Source: Eledone cirrhosa
Lineage: Eukaryota
Assembly (NCBI GenBank): GCA_964016885.1
Contig: OZ024740.1
Span: 22,940,001 to 23,004,000, forward strand
DNA: 64,000 nucleotides
Reading direction: 5' to 3'
Below the pieces are notes generated by a model. It did not search any database, was not told where the DNA came from, and was given only the letters and a program-made list of their open reading frames with translations. Shown one piece after another: positions 1-14,500 of this stretch. The translations under genes were made by a program, and so were the position numbers. Positions within the stretch are counted from its first letter, which is position 1, and each line of letters begins with the position of its first letter.

Positions 1-2599
1 GTGCTAAATAGATTCAGTGATGATATATGAATCAGTGGTAAGTAGATTCAGTGATGGTATATGAACCAGTAGTAAGTAGATTCAGTGATGGTATATGAAC
101 CAGTGGTAAGTAGATTCAGTGATGGTATATAAACCAGTGGCAAGTAGATTCAGTGATGGTATATGAACAAGTAGTAAGTAGATTCAGTGATGGTATATAA
201 ACCAGTGGTAAGTAGATTCAGTGATGGTATATGAATGAGTGGTAAATATATTCAGTTATGGTATATGAACCAGTGGTAAGTAGATTCAGTGATGGCATAT
301 GAACCATTGGTAAGTAGATTCAGTGATGGTATATAAACCAGTGGTAAGTAGATTCTGCGATGGCATATGAACCAGTGGTAAATATATTCAGTGATGGTAT
401 ATAAACCAGTGGTAAGTAGATTCAGTGATGGTATATAAATCAGTGGTAAGTGGATTCAGTAATGGTATATGAACCAGTGGTAAGTTGATTCAGTGATGGT
501 ATATAAACCAGTGGTAAGCAGATTCAGTGATGGTATATGAACCAGTGGTAAGTAGATTCAGTGATGGTATATGAACCAGTGGTAAGTAGATTCAGTGATG
601 GTATATGAACCAGTGGTAAGTAGATTCAGTGAAGGTATATAGACCACTAGTAAGTAGATTCGTTGATGGTATATAACCAGTGGTAAGTAGATTTAGTGAT
701 GGTATATAAACCAGTAGTAAGTAGATTCAGTGATGGTATATGAACCAGTGGTAAGTAAATTGAGTGATGGTATATGAACCAGTGGAATGTAGATTCAGTG
801 ATGGTATATAAACCAGTGGTAAGTAGATTCAGTGATGGCATATGAACCAGTGGAATGTAGATTCAGTGATGGTATATGAACCAGTGGTAAGTATATTCAG
901 TGATGGTATATGAACCAGTGGTAAATAGATTCAGTGATGGTATATGAACCAGTGGTATGTAGATTCAGTGATGGTACATAAATCAGTGTTAAGTAGATTC
1001 AGTGATGGTAAATGAACCAGTGGTAAGTATATTCAGTGATGGTATATGAACCAGTGGTAAGTAGATTCAGTGATGGTATATGAACCAGTGGTAAGTAGAT
1101 TCAGTGATGGTATATGAACCAGTGGTAAGTAGATTCAGTGATGGTATATTAACCAGTAGTAACTAGATTCAGTGATGGTATATGAACCAGTGGTAAGTAG
1201 ATTCAGTGAAGGTATATAAACCAGTGGTAAATAGATTCAGTGAAGGTATATAAACCAGTGGTCAGTTGATTCAGTGATGGTATATAAACCAGTGGAAAGT
1301 AGATTCAGTAATGGTATATAAAGCAGTGGTAAGCAGATTCAGTGATGGTATATGAACCAGTGGTAAGTAGATTCAGTGATGGTATATGAACCAGTGGTAA
1401 GTAGATTCAGTGATGGTATATGAACAAGTAGTAAGTAGATTCAGTGATGGTATATAAACCAGTGGTAAGTAGATTCAGTGATGGTATATAAACCAGTGGT
1501 AAGTAGATTCAGTGATGGTATATGAATGAGTGGTAAATATATTCAGTTATGGTATATAAACCAGTGGTAAGTAGATTCAGTGATGGCATATGAACCAGTG
1601 GTAAGTAGATTCAGTGATGGTATATAAAACAGTGGTAAGTAGATTCAGTGAAGGTATATAAACCAGTGGTAAATAGATTCAGTGATGGTATATAAACCAG
1701 TGGTAAGTAGATTCAGTGATGGTATATGAATCAGTGGTAAGTAGATTCAGTAATTGTATATGAACCAGTGGTAAGTTGATTCAGTGATGGTATATAAACC
1801 AGTGGAAAGTAGATTCAGTAATGGTATATAAACCAGTGGTAAGCAGATTCAGTGATGGTATATGAACCAGTGGTAAGTAGATTCAGTGATGGTATATGAA
1901 CCAGTGGTAAGTAGATTCAGTGATGGTATATAGACCACTAGTAAGTAGATTCGGTGATGGTATATAAACCAGTGGTAAGTAGATTCAGTGATGGTATATG
2001 AACCAGTGGAATGTAGATTCAGTGATGGTATATGAACCAGTGGTTAGTAGATTCAGTGATGGTATATGAACCAGTGGTAAGTAGATTCAGTGATGGTATA
2101 TGAACCAGTAGTAAGTAGATTCAGTGATGGTATATGAACCAATGGTAAATAGATTCAGTGATGGTATAAAACCAGTAGTAACTAGATTCAGTGATGGTAT
2201 ATGAACCAGTGGTAACTATAGTCAGTGATGGTATATGAACCAGTGGTAAATAGATTCAGTGATGGTATATGAACCAGTAGTAAGTAGATTCAGTGATGGT
2301 ATATGAACCAATGGTAAATAGATACAGTGATGGTATGTGAACCAGTAGTAAGTAGAATCAGTGATGGTATATGAACCAGTAGTAAGTAGAATCAGTGATG
2401 ATATATGAATCAGTGGTAAGTAGATTAAGTGATGGTATATAAACCAGTAGTGAGTAGATTCAGTGATGGTATATAAACCAGTGGTAAATAGATTCAGTGA
2501 TGGTATATGAATCAGTGGTAAGTAGATTCAGTGATGGTATATGAACCAGTGGTAAGTAGATTCAGTGATGGTATATGAACCAGTGGTAAGTAGATTCAG

Positions 2600-5500
2600 T
2601 GATGGTATATAGACCACTAGTAAGTAGATTCGGTGATGGTATATAACCAGTGGTAAGTGGATTCAGTGATGGTATATGAACCAGTGGTAAGTAGATTCAG
2701 TGATGGTATATAAACCAGTGGTAAGTAGATTCAGTGATGGTATATAAACCAGTAGTAAGTAGATTCAGTGATGGTATATGAACCAGTGGTAAGTGGATTC
2801 AGTGATGGTATATGAACCAGTGGTAAGTATATTCAGTGATGGTATATAAAACAGTGGTAAGTAGATTCAGTGATGGTATATAAACCAGTGGTAAGTAGAT
2901 TCAGTGATGGTATATGAACCAGTGGTAAGTAGATTCAGTGATAGTATATGAACCAGTGGTAAGTAGATTCAGTGATGGTATATAAAACAGTGGTAAGTAG
3001 ATTCAGTGATGGTATATGAACCAGTCGTAAGTAGATTCAGTGATGGTATATGAACCAGTCGTAAGTAGATTCAGTGATGGTATATGAACCAGTGGTAAGT
3101 AGATTCAGTGATGGTATATGAACCAGTAGTAAGTAGATTCAGTGATGGTATATGAACCAGTGGTAAGTAGATTCAGTGATGGTATATGAACCAGTCGTAA
3201 GTAGATTCAGTGATGGTATATGAACCAGTGGTAAGTAGATTCAGTGATGGTATATGAACCAGTGGTAAGTATAGTCAGTGATGGTATATGAACCAGTGAT
3301 AAATAGATTCAGTGATGGTATGTGAACCAGTAGTAAGTAGAATCAGTGATGGTATATGAACCAGTAGTAAGTAGATTCAGTGATGATATATGAATCAGTG
3401 GTAAGTAGATTCAGTGATGGTATATGAGCCAGTGGTAAGTAGATTCTCTGATGGTATATAAACGAGTGGTAAGTAGATTCAGTGATGGTATATGAACCAG
3501 TAGTAAGTAGATTCAGTGATGTTATATAAACCAGTGGTAAGTAGATTCAGTGATGGTATATGAACTAGTGGTAAATAGATTCAGTGATGGTATATGAACC
3601 AGTGGTAAGTAGATTCAGTGATGGTATATGAACCAGTAGTAAGTAGAATCAGTGAAGGTATATAAACCAGTGGTAAGTAGATTCAGTGATGGTATATGTA
3701 CCAGTGGTAAGTAGATTCAGTGATGGTATATGAACCAGTGGTAAGTAGATTCAGTGATGGTATATGAACCAGTGGTAAATAGATTCAGTGATGTTATATT
3801 AACCAGTGCTAAGTAGATTCAGTGATTGTATATTAACCAGTGCTAAGTAGATTCAGTGATGGTATATGAACCCGTTGTAAGTAGATTCAGTGATGATAAA
3901 TAAACCAGTGGTAAGTAGATTTAGTGATGGTATATTAACCAGTGTTAAGTAGATCCAGCGATAGTATATGAACCAGTGGTAAATAGATTCAGTGATGGTA
4001 TATGAACCAGTGCTATGTAGATTCAGTGAAGGTATATAAACCAGTGGTAAGTAGATTCAGTGATGGTATATTAACCAGTGGTAAGTAGATTCAGTGACGG
4101 TATATAAACCAGTGGTAAGTAGATTCAGTGATGGTATATAAACCAGTAGTAACTAGATCCAGTGATGGTATATGAACCAGTAGTAAGTAGATCCAGTGAT
4201 GGTATATGAACCAGTAGTAAGTAGATTCAGTGATGGTATATGAACCAGTAGTAACTAGATTCAGTGATGGTATATGAACCAGTAGTAAGTAGATTCAGTG
4301 ATGGTATATAAACCAGTGGTAAATAGATTCTGTGATGGTATATACACCAGTGGTAAGTAGATTAAATGATGGTATATAAAGCAGTGGTAAGTAGATTCAG
4401 TGATGGTATATAAATCAGTGGTAAGTAGATTCAGTGATGCTATATGAACCAGTGGTAAGTAGATTCAGTGATGGTATATGAACCAGTGGTAAGTAGATTC
4501 CGTGATGGTATAAGAACCAGTGGCAAGTAGATTCAGTGATGGTATATAAACCAGTGGTAAGTAGATTCAGTCATGATATATGAACCAGTGGTAAATAGAT
4601 TCAGTGATGGTATATGAACCAGTAGTAAGTAGATTCAGTGATAGTATATAAACCAGTGGTAAGTAGATTCAGTGATGGTATATGAGCCAGTAGCAAGTAG
4701 ATTCAGTGATGGTATATGAACCAGTAGTAAGTAGATTCAGTGATGGTATATGAACCAGCAATAAGTAGATTCAGTGATGGTATATAAACCAGTGGTAAGT
4801 AGATTCAGTGATGGTATATAAACCAGTAGTAAGTAGATTCAGTGATGGTATATGGACCAGTGGTAAGTAGATTCAGTGATGGTATATAAACCAGTGGTAA
4901 GTAGATTCAGTGATGGTATATGAACCAGTGGTAAGCAGATTCAGTGATGGTATATGAACCAGTGGTAAGTAGATTCAGTGATGGTATATGAACCAGTAGT
5001 AAGTAGATTCAGTGATGGTATATGAATCAGTGGTAAGTAGATTCAGTGATGGTATATGAACCAGTACTAAGTAGATTCAGTGATGGTATATGGACCAGTG
5101 GTAAGTAGATTCAGTGATGGTATATGAACCAGTGGTAAGTAAATTCAGTGATGGTATATGAACCAGTAGTAAGTAGATTCAGTGATGGTATATAAACCAG
5201 TGGTAAGTAGATTCAGTGATGGTATATGAACCAGTGGTAAGTAAATTCAGTGATGGTATATGAACCAGTAGTAAGTAAATTCAGTGATGGTATATAAACC
5301 AGTGGTAAGTAGATTCAGTGATGGTATATGAACAAGTAGTAAGTAGATTCAGTGATGGTATATAAACCAGTGGTAAGTAGATTCAGTGATGGTATATGAA
5401 TCAGTGGTAAGTAGATTCAGTAATGGTATATGAACCAGTGGTAAGTAGATTCAGTGATGGTATATAAACCAGTAGTAACTAGATCCAGTGATGGTTAATG

Positions 5501-8500
5501 AAGCAGTAGTAAGTAGATCCAGTGATGGTATATGAACCAGTAGTAAGGAGATTCAGTGATGTTATATGAACCAGTAGTAACTAGATTCAGTGATGGTATA
5601 TAAACCAGTGGTAAATATATTCAGTGATGTTATATAAACCAGTGGTAAGTAGATTAAATGATGGTATATAAACCAGTGGTAAGTAGATTCAGTGATGGTA
5701 TATGAATCAGTGGTAAGTAGATTCAGTGATGGTATATGAACCAGTGGTAAATAGATTCAGTGATGGTATATGAACCAGTGGTAAGTAGATTCAGTGATGG
5801 TATATGAACCAGTCGTAAGTAGATTCAGTGATGGTATATGAGCCAGTAGTAAGTAGATTCAGTGATGGTATATGAACCAGTGGTAAGTAGATTCAGTGAT
5901 GGTATATAAACCAGTGGTAAGTAGATTCAGTGATGATATATGAACCAGTGGTAAATAGATTCAGTGATGGTATACGAACCAGTAGTAAGTAGATTCAGTG
6001 ATGGTATATGAACCAGTAGCAAGTAGATTCAGTGATGGTATATGAACCAGTAGTAAGTAGATTCAGTGATGGTATATGAACCAGTGGTAAGTAGATTCAG
6101 TGATGGTATATAAACCAGTGGTAAGTAGATTCAGTGATGGTATATGAACCATTGGTAAGCAGATTCAGTGATGGTATATGAACCAGTGTAAGTAGATTCA
6201 GTGATGGTATATGAACCAGTAGTAAGTAGATTCAGTGATGGTATATGAATCAGTGGTAAGTAGATTCAGTGATGGTATATGAACCAGTAGTAAGTGGATT
6301 CAGTGATGGTATATGAACCAGTGGTAAGTAGATTCAGTGATGGTATATAAACCAGTGGTAAGTAGATTCAGTGATGGTATATGAACCAGTGCTAAATAGA
6401 TTCAGTGATGATGTATGAATCAGTGGTAAGTAGATTCAGTGATGGTATATGAACCAGTAGTAAGTAGATTCAGTGATGGTATATGAACCAGTGGTAAGTA
6501 GATTCAGTGATGGTATATAAACAAGTGGTAAGTAGATTCAGTGATTGTATATGAACAAGTAGTAAGTAGATTCAGTGATGGTATATAAACCAGTGGTAAG
6601 TAGATTCAGTGATGGTATATGAATGAGTGGTAAATATATTCAGTTATGGTATATAAACCAGTGGGAAGTAGATTCAGTGATGGCATATGAACCAGTGGTA
6701 AGTAGATTCAGTGATGGTATATGAACCACTGGTAAGTAGATTCTGTGATGGCATATGAACCAGTGGTAAATATATTCAGTGATGGTATATAAACCAGTGG
6801 TAAGTAGATTCAGTGATGATATATGAATCAGTGGTAAGTGGATTCAGTAATGGTATATGAACCAGTGGTAAGTTGATTCAGTGATGGTATATAAACCAGT
6901 GGAAAGTAGATTCAGTAATGGTATATAAACCAGTGGTAAGCAGATTCAGTGATGGTATATGAACCAGTGGTAAGTAGATTTAGTGATGGTATATGAACCA
7001 GTGGTAAGTAGATTCAGTGATGGTATATGAACCAGTGGTAAGTAGATTCAGTGAAGGTATATATACCACTAGTAAGTAGATTCGTTGATGGTATATAACC
7101 AGTGGTAAGTAGATTTAGTGATGGTATATAAACCAGTAGTAAGTAGATTCAGTGATGGTATATAAACCAGTAGTAAGTAGATTCAGTGATGGTATATGAA
7201 CCAGTGGTAAGTAAATTGAGTGATGGTATATAAACCAGTGGTAAGTAGATTCAGTGATGGTATATGAACCAGTGGTAAGTAGATTCAGTGATGGTATATG
7301 AACCAGTGGTAAGTATAGTCAGTGATGGTATATGAACCAGTGGTAAATAGATTCAGTGATGGTATATGAACCAGTGGTAAGTAGATTCAGTGATAGTATA
7401 TGAACCAGTGGTAAGTAGACTCATTGATGGTATATGAACCAGTGGAATGTAGATTCAGTGATGGTATATGAACCAGTGGTAAGTAGATTCAGTGATGGTA
7501 TATGAACCAGTAGTAAGTAGATTCAGTGCTGATATATGAATCAGTGGTATGTAGATTCAGTGATGGTATATGAACCAGTTGTAATTAGATGCAGTGATGG
7601 TATATAAATCAGTGTTAAGTAGATTCAGTGATGGTAAATGAACCAGTGGTAAGTATATTCAGTGATGGTATATGAACCAGTGGTAAGTAGATTCAGTGAT
7701 GGTATATGAACCAGTGGTAAGTAGATTCAGTGATGGTATATGAACCAGTGGTAAGTAGATTCAGTGATGGTATATAAACCAGTGGTAAGTAGATTCAGTG
7801 ATGGTATATGAACCAGTTGTAATTAGATTCAGTGATGGTATATAAACCAGTGGTAAGTAGATTCAGTGATGGTATATGAACCAGTGGTAAGTAGATTCAG
7901 TGATGGTATATGAACCAGTGGTAAGTAGATTCAGTGATGGTATATGAACCAGTGGTAAGTATAGTCAGTGATGGTATATGAACCAGTGATAAATAGATTC
8001 AGTGATGGTATGTGAACCAGTGGTAAGTAGATTCAGTGATGGTATATGAACCAGTTGTAATTAGATGCAGTGATGGTATATAAATCAGTGTTAAGTAGAT
8101 TCAGTGATGGTAAATGAACCAGTGGTAAGTATATTCAGTGATGGTATATGAACCAGTGGTAAGTAGATTCAGTGATGGTATATGAACCAGTGGTAAGTAG
8201 ATTCAGTGATGGTATATGAACCAGTGGTAAGTAGATTCAGTGATAGTATATGAACCAGTGGTAAGTAGATTCAGTGATGGTTTATGAACCAGTGGAATGT
8301 AGATTCAGTGATGGTATATGAACCAGTTGTCAGCAGATTCAGTGATGGTATATGAACCAGTGGTAAGTAGATTCAGTGATGGTATATAAACCACTGATAA
8401 GTAGATTTAGTTATAGTATATTAACCAGTGCTAAGTAGATCCAGCGATAGTATATGAACCAGTGGTAAATAGATTCAGTGATGGTATATTACCCAGTGAT

Positions 8501-11500
8501 AAGTAGATTCATTGATGGTATATTAACCAGTGGTAAGTAGATTCAGTGAAGGTATATTAACCAGTGGTAAGTAGATTCAGTGATGGTATATAAACCAGTA
8601 GTAAGTAGATCCAGTGATGGTATATGAACCAGTGGTAAGTAGATTCAGTGATGGTATATGAACCAGTAGTAACTAGATTCAGTGATGGTATATGAACCAG
8701 TGGTAAGTAAATTCAGTGATGGTATATGAACCAGTAGTAAGTAGATTCAGTGATGGTATATAAACCAGTGGTAAATAGATTCAGTGATGGTATATAAACC
8801 AGTGGTAAGTAGATTCAGTGATGGTATATGAATCAGTGGTAAGTAGATTCAGTGATGGTACATGAACCAGTGGTAAATAGATTCAGTGATGGTATGTGAA
8901 CCAGTGGTAAGTAGATTCAGTGATGGTATGTGAACCAGTGGTAAGTAGATTCAGTGATGGTATAATAACAAGTGGCACGTAGATTCAGTGATGGTATATA
9001 ACCCATTGGTAAGTAGATTCAGTGATGATATATGAACCAGGGGTAAATAGATTCAGTGATGGTATACGAACCAGTAGTAAGTAGATTCAGTGATGGTATA
9101 TGAACCAGTAGCAAGTAGATTCAGTGATGGTATATGAACCAGTAGTAAGTAGATTCAGTGATGGTATATGAACCAGCAATAAGTAGATTCAGTGATGGTA
9201 TATAAACCAGTGGTAAGTAGATTCAGTGATGGTATATAAACCAGTAGTAAGTAGATTCAGTGATGGTATATGAACCAGTGGTAAGTAGATTCAGTGATGG
9301 TATATAAACCAGTGGTAAGTAGACTCAGTGATGGTATATGAACCATTGGTAAGCAGATTCAGTGATGGTATATGAACCAGTGTAAGTAGATTCAGTGATG
9401 GTATATGAACCAGTAGTAAGTAGATTCAGTGATGGTATATGAATCAGTGGTAAGTAGATTCAGTGATGGTATATGAACCAGTAGTAAGTAGATTCAGTGA
9501 TGGTATATGAACCAGTGGTAAGTAGATTCAGTGATGGTATATAAACCAGTGGTAAGTAGATTCAGTGATGGTATATGAACCAGTGCTAAATAGATTCAGT
9601 GATGATATATGAATCAGTGGTAAGTAGATTCAGTGATGGTATATGAACCAGTAGTAAGTAGATTCAGTGATGGTATATGAACCAGTCGTAACTAGATTCA
9701 GTGATGGTATATAAACCAGTGGTAAGTAGATTCAGTGATGGTATATGAACAAGTAGTAAGTAGATTCAGTGATGGTATATAAACCAGTGGTAAGTAGATT
9801 CAGTGATGGTATATGAATGAGTGGTAAATATATTCAGTTATGGTATATACACCAGTGGTAAGTAGATTCAGTGATGGCATATGAACCAGTGGTAAGTAGA
9901 TTCAGTGATGGTATATAAACCAGTGGTAAGTAGATTCTGTGATGGGATATGAACCAGTGGTAAATAGATTCAGTGATGGTATATAAACCAGTGGTAAGTA
10001 GATTCAGTGATGGTATATGAATCAGTGGTAAGTGGATTCAGTAATGGTATATGAACCAGTGGTAAGTTGATTCAGTGATGGTATATAAACCAGTGGAAAG
10101 TAGATTCAGTAATGGTATATAAACCAGTGGTAAGCAGATTCAGTGATGGTATATGAACCAGTGGTAAGTAGATTCAGTGATGGTATATGAACCAGTGGTA
10201 AGTAGATTCAGTGATGGTATATGAACCAGTGGTAAGTAGATTCAGTGAAGGTATATAGACCACTAGTAAGTAGATTCGTTGATGGTATATAACCAGTGGT
10301 AAGTAGATTTAGTGATGGTATATAAACCAGTAGTAAGTAGATTCAGTGATGGTATATGAACCAGTGGTAAGTAAATTGAGTGATGGTATATAAACCAGTG
10401 GTAAGTAGATTCAGTGATGGTATATGAACCAGTGGTAAGTAGATTCAGTGATGGTATATGAACCAGTGGTAAATAGATTCAGTGATGGCATATGAACCAG
10501 TGGTATGTAGATTCAGTGATGGTATATAAATCGGTGGTAAGTATATTCAGTGATGGTATATGAACCAGTGGTAAGTAGATTCAGTGATGGTATATGAACC
10601 AGTGGTAAGTAGATTCAGTGATGGTATATGAACCAGTAGTAACTAGATTCAGTGATGGTATATGAACCAGTGGTAAGTAGATTCAGTGATGGTATATGAA
10701 CCAGTGGTAAGTAGATTCAGTGATGGTATATAGACCACTAGTAAGTAGATTCGGTGATGGTATATAACCAGTGGTAAGTGGATTCAGTGATGTTATATGA
10801 ACCAGTGGTAAGTAGATTCAGTGATGGTATATAAACCAGTGGTAAGTAGATTCAGTGATGGTATATAAACCAGTAGTAAGTAGATTCAGTGATGGTATAT
10901 GAACCAGTGGTAAGTGGATTCAGTGATGGTATATGAACCAGTGGTAAGTATATTCAGTGATGGTATATAAAACAGTGGTAAGTAGATTCAGTGATGGTAT
11001 ATAAACCAGTGGTAAGTAGATTCAGTGATGGTATATGAACCAGTGGTAAGTAGATTCAGTGATAGTATATGAACCAGTGGTAAGTAGATTCAGTGATGGT
11101 ATATAAAACAGTGGTAAGTAGATTCAGTGATGGTATATGAACCAGTCGTAAGTAGATTCAGTGATGGTATATGAACCAGTCGTAAGTAGATTCAGTGATG
11201 GTATATGAACCAGTCGTAAGTAGATTCAGTGATGATATATGAATCAGTGGTAAGTAGATTCAGTGATGGTATATGAGCCAGTGGTAAGTAGATTCTGTGA
11301 TGGTATATAAACGAGTGGTAAGTAGATTCAGTGATGGTATATGAACCAGTAGTAAGTAGATTCAGTGATGTTATATAAACCAGTGGTAAGTAGATTCAGT
11401 GATGGTATATGAACTAGTGGTAAATAGATTCAGTGATGGTATATGAACCAGTGGTAAGTAGATTCAGTGATGGTATATGAACCAGTAGTAAGTAGATTCA

Positions 11501-14500
11501 GTGAAGGTATATAAACCAGTGGTAAGTAGATTCAGTGATGGTATATGTACCAGTGGTAAGTAGATTCAGTGATGGTATATGAACCAGTGGTAAGTAGATT
11601 CAGTGATGGTATATGAACCAGTGGTAAATAGATTCAGTGATGTTATATTAACCAGTGCAAAGTAGATTCAGTGATTGTATATTAACCAGTGCTAAGTAGA
11701 TTCAGTGATGGTATATGAACCCGTTGTAAGTAGATTCAGTGATGATAAATAAACCAGTGGTAAGTAGATTTAGTGATGGTATATTAACCAGTGTTAAGTA
11801 GATCCAGCGATAGTATATGAACCAGTGGTAAATAGATTCAGTGATGGTATATGAACCAGTGCTATGTAGATTCAGTGAAGGTATATAAACCAGTGGTAAG
11901 TAGATTCAGTGATGGTATATTAACCAGTGGTAAGTAGATTCAGTGACGGTATATAAACCAGTGGTAAGTAGATTCAGTGATGGTATATAAACCAGTAGTA
12001 ACTAGATCCAGTGATGGTATATGAACCAGTAGTAAGTAGATCCAGTGATGGTATATGAACCAGTAGTAACTAGATTCAGTGATGGTATATGAACCAGTAG
12101 TAAGTAGATTCAGTGATGGTATATAAACCAGTGGTAAATAGATTCTGTGATGGTATATACACCAGTGGTAAGTAGATTAAATGATGGTATATAAACCAGT
12201 GGTAAGTAGATTCAGTGATGGTATATAAATCAGTGGTAAGTAGATTCAGTGATGCTATATGAACCAGTGGTAAGTAGATTCAGTGATGTTATATGAACCA
12301 GTGGTAAGTAGATTCCGTGATGGTATAAGAACCAGTGGCAAGTAGATTCAGTGATGGTATATAAACCAGTGGTAAGTAGATTCAGTGATGATATATGAAC
12401 CAGTGGTAAATAGATTCAGTGATGGTATATGAACCAGTAGTAAGTAGATTCAGTGATGGTATATAAACCAGTGGTAAGTAGATTCAGTGATGGTATATGA
12501 GCCAGTAGCAAGTAGATTCAGTGATGGTATATGAACCAGTAGTAAGTAGATTCAGTGATGGTATATGAACCAGCAATAAGTAGATTCAGTGATGGTATAT
12601 AAACCAGTGGTAAGTAGATTCAGTGATGGTATATAAACCAGTAGTAAGTAGATTCAGTGATGGTATATGGACCAGTGGTAAGTAGATTCAGTGATGGTAT
12701 ATAAACCAGTGGTAAGTAGATTCAGTGATGGTATATGAACCAGTGGTAAGCAGATTCAGTGATGGTATATGAACCAGTGGTAAGTAGATTCAGTGATGGT
12801 ATATGAACCAGTAGTAAGTAGATTCAGTGATGGTATATGAATCAGTGGTAAGTAGATTCAGTGATGGTATATGAACCAGTACTAAGTAGATTCAGTGATG
12901 GTATATGGACCAGTGGTAAGTAGATTCAGTGATGGTATATGAACCAGTGGTAAGTAAATTCAGTGATGGTATATGAACCAGTAGTAAGTAGATTCAGTGA
13001 TGGTATATAAACCAGTGGTAAGTAGATTCAGTGATGGTATATGAACCAGTGGTAAGTAAATTCAGTGATGGTATATGAACCAGTAGTAAGTAAATTCAGT
13101 GATGGTATATAAACCAGTGGTAAGTAGATTCAGTGATGGTATATGAACAAGTAGTAAGTAGATTCAGTGATGGTATATAAACCAGTGGTAAGTAGATTCA
13201 GTGATGGTATATGAATCAGTGGTAAGTAGATTCAGTAATGGTATATGAACCAGTGGTAAGTAGATTCAGTGATGGTATATAAACCAGTAGTAACTAGATC
13301 CAGTGATGGTTAATGAAGCAGTAGTAAGTAGATCCAGTGATGGTATATGAACCAGTAGTAAGGAGATTCAGTGATGGTATATGAACCAGTAGTAACTAGA
13401 TTCAGTGATGGTATATAAACCAGTGGTAAATATATTCAGTGATGTTATATAAACCAGTGGTAAGTAGATTAAATGATGGTATATAAACCAGTGGTAAGTA
13501 GATTCAGTGATGGTATATGAATCAGTGGTAAGTAGATTCAGTGATGGTATATGAACCAGTGGTAAATAGATTCAGTGATGGTATATGAACCAGTGGTAAG
13601 TAGATTCAGTGATGGTATATGAACCAGTGGTAAGTAGATTCAGTGATGGTCTATGAACCAGTAGTAAGTAGATTCAGTGATGGTATATGAACCAGTGGTA
13701 AGTAGATTCAGTGATGGTATATAAACCAGTGGTAAGTAGATTCAGTGATGATATATGAACCAGTGGTAAATAGATTCAGTGATGGTATACGAACCAGTAG
13801 TAAGTAGATTCAGTGATGGTATATGAACCAGTAGCAAGTAGATTCAGTGATGGTATATGAACCAGTAGTAAGTAGATTCAGTGATGGTATATGAATCAGT
13901 GGTAAGTAGATTCAGTGATGGTATATGAACCAGTGGTAAGTAGATTCAGTGATGGTATATGAACCAGTAGTAAGTGGATTCAGTGATGGTATATGAACCA
14001 GTGGTAAGTAGATTCAGTGATGGTATATAAACCAGTGGTAAGTAGATTCAGTGATGGTATATGAACCAGTGCTAAATAGATTCAGTGATGATGTATGAAT
14101 CAGTGGTAAGTAGATTCAGTGATGGTATATGAACCAGTAGTAAGTAGATTCAGTGATGGTATATGAACCAGTGGTAAGTAGATTCAGTGATGGTATATAA
14201 ACAAGTGGTAAGTAGATTCAGTGATTGTATATGAACAAGTAGTAAGTAGATTCAGTGATGGTATATAAACCAGTGGTAAGTAGATTCAGTGATGGTATAT
14301 GAATGAGTGGTAAATATATTCAGTTATGGTATATAAACCAGTGGGAAGTAGATTCAGTGATGGCATATGAACCAGTGGTAAGTAGATTCAGTGATGGTAT
14401 ATGAACCACTGGTAAGTAGATTCTGTGATGGCATATGAACCAGTGGTAAATAGATTCAGTGATGGTATATAAACCAGTGGTAAGTAGATTCAGTGATGAT

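Noticed and set aside
647-841. 64-aa minus-strand ORF
   Set aside because: It is the satellite translated. The ATG comes from a GGCATAT variant and the single periodic TGA is lost by a point variant. There is no independent coding evidence.
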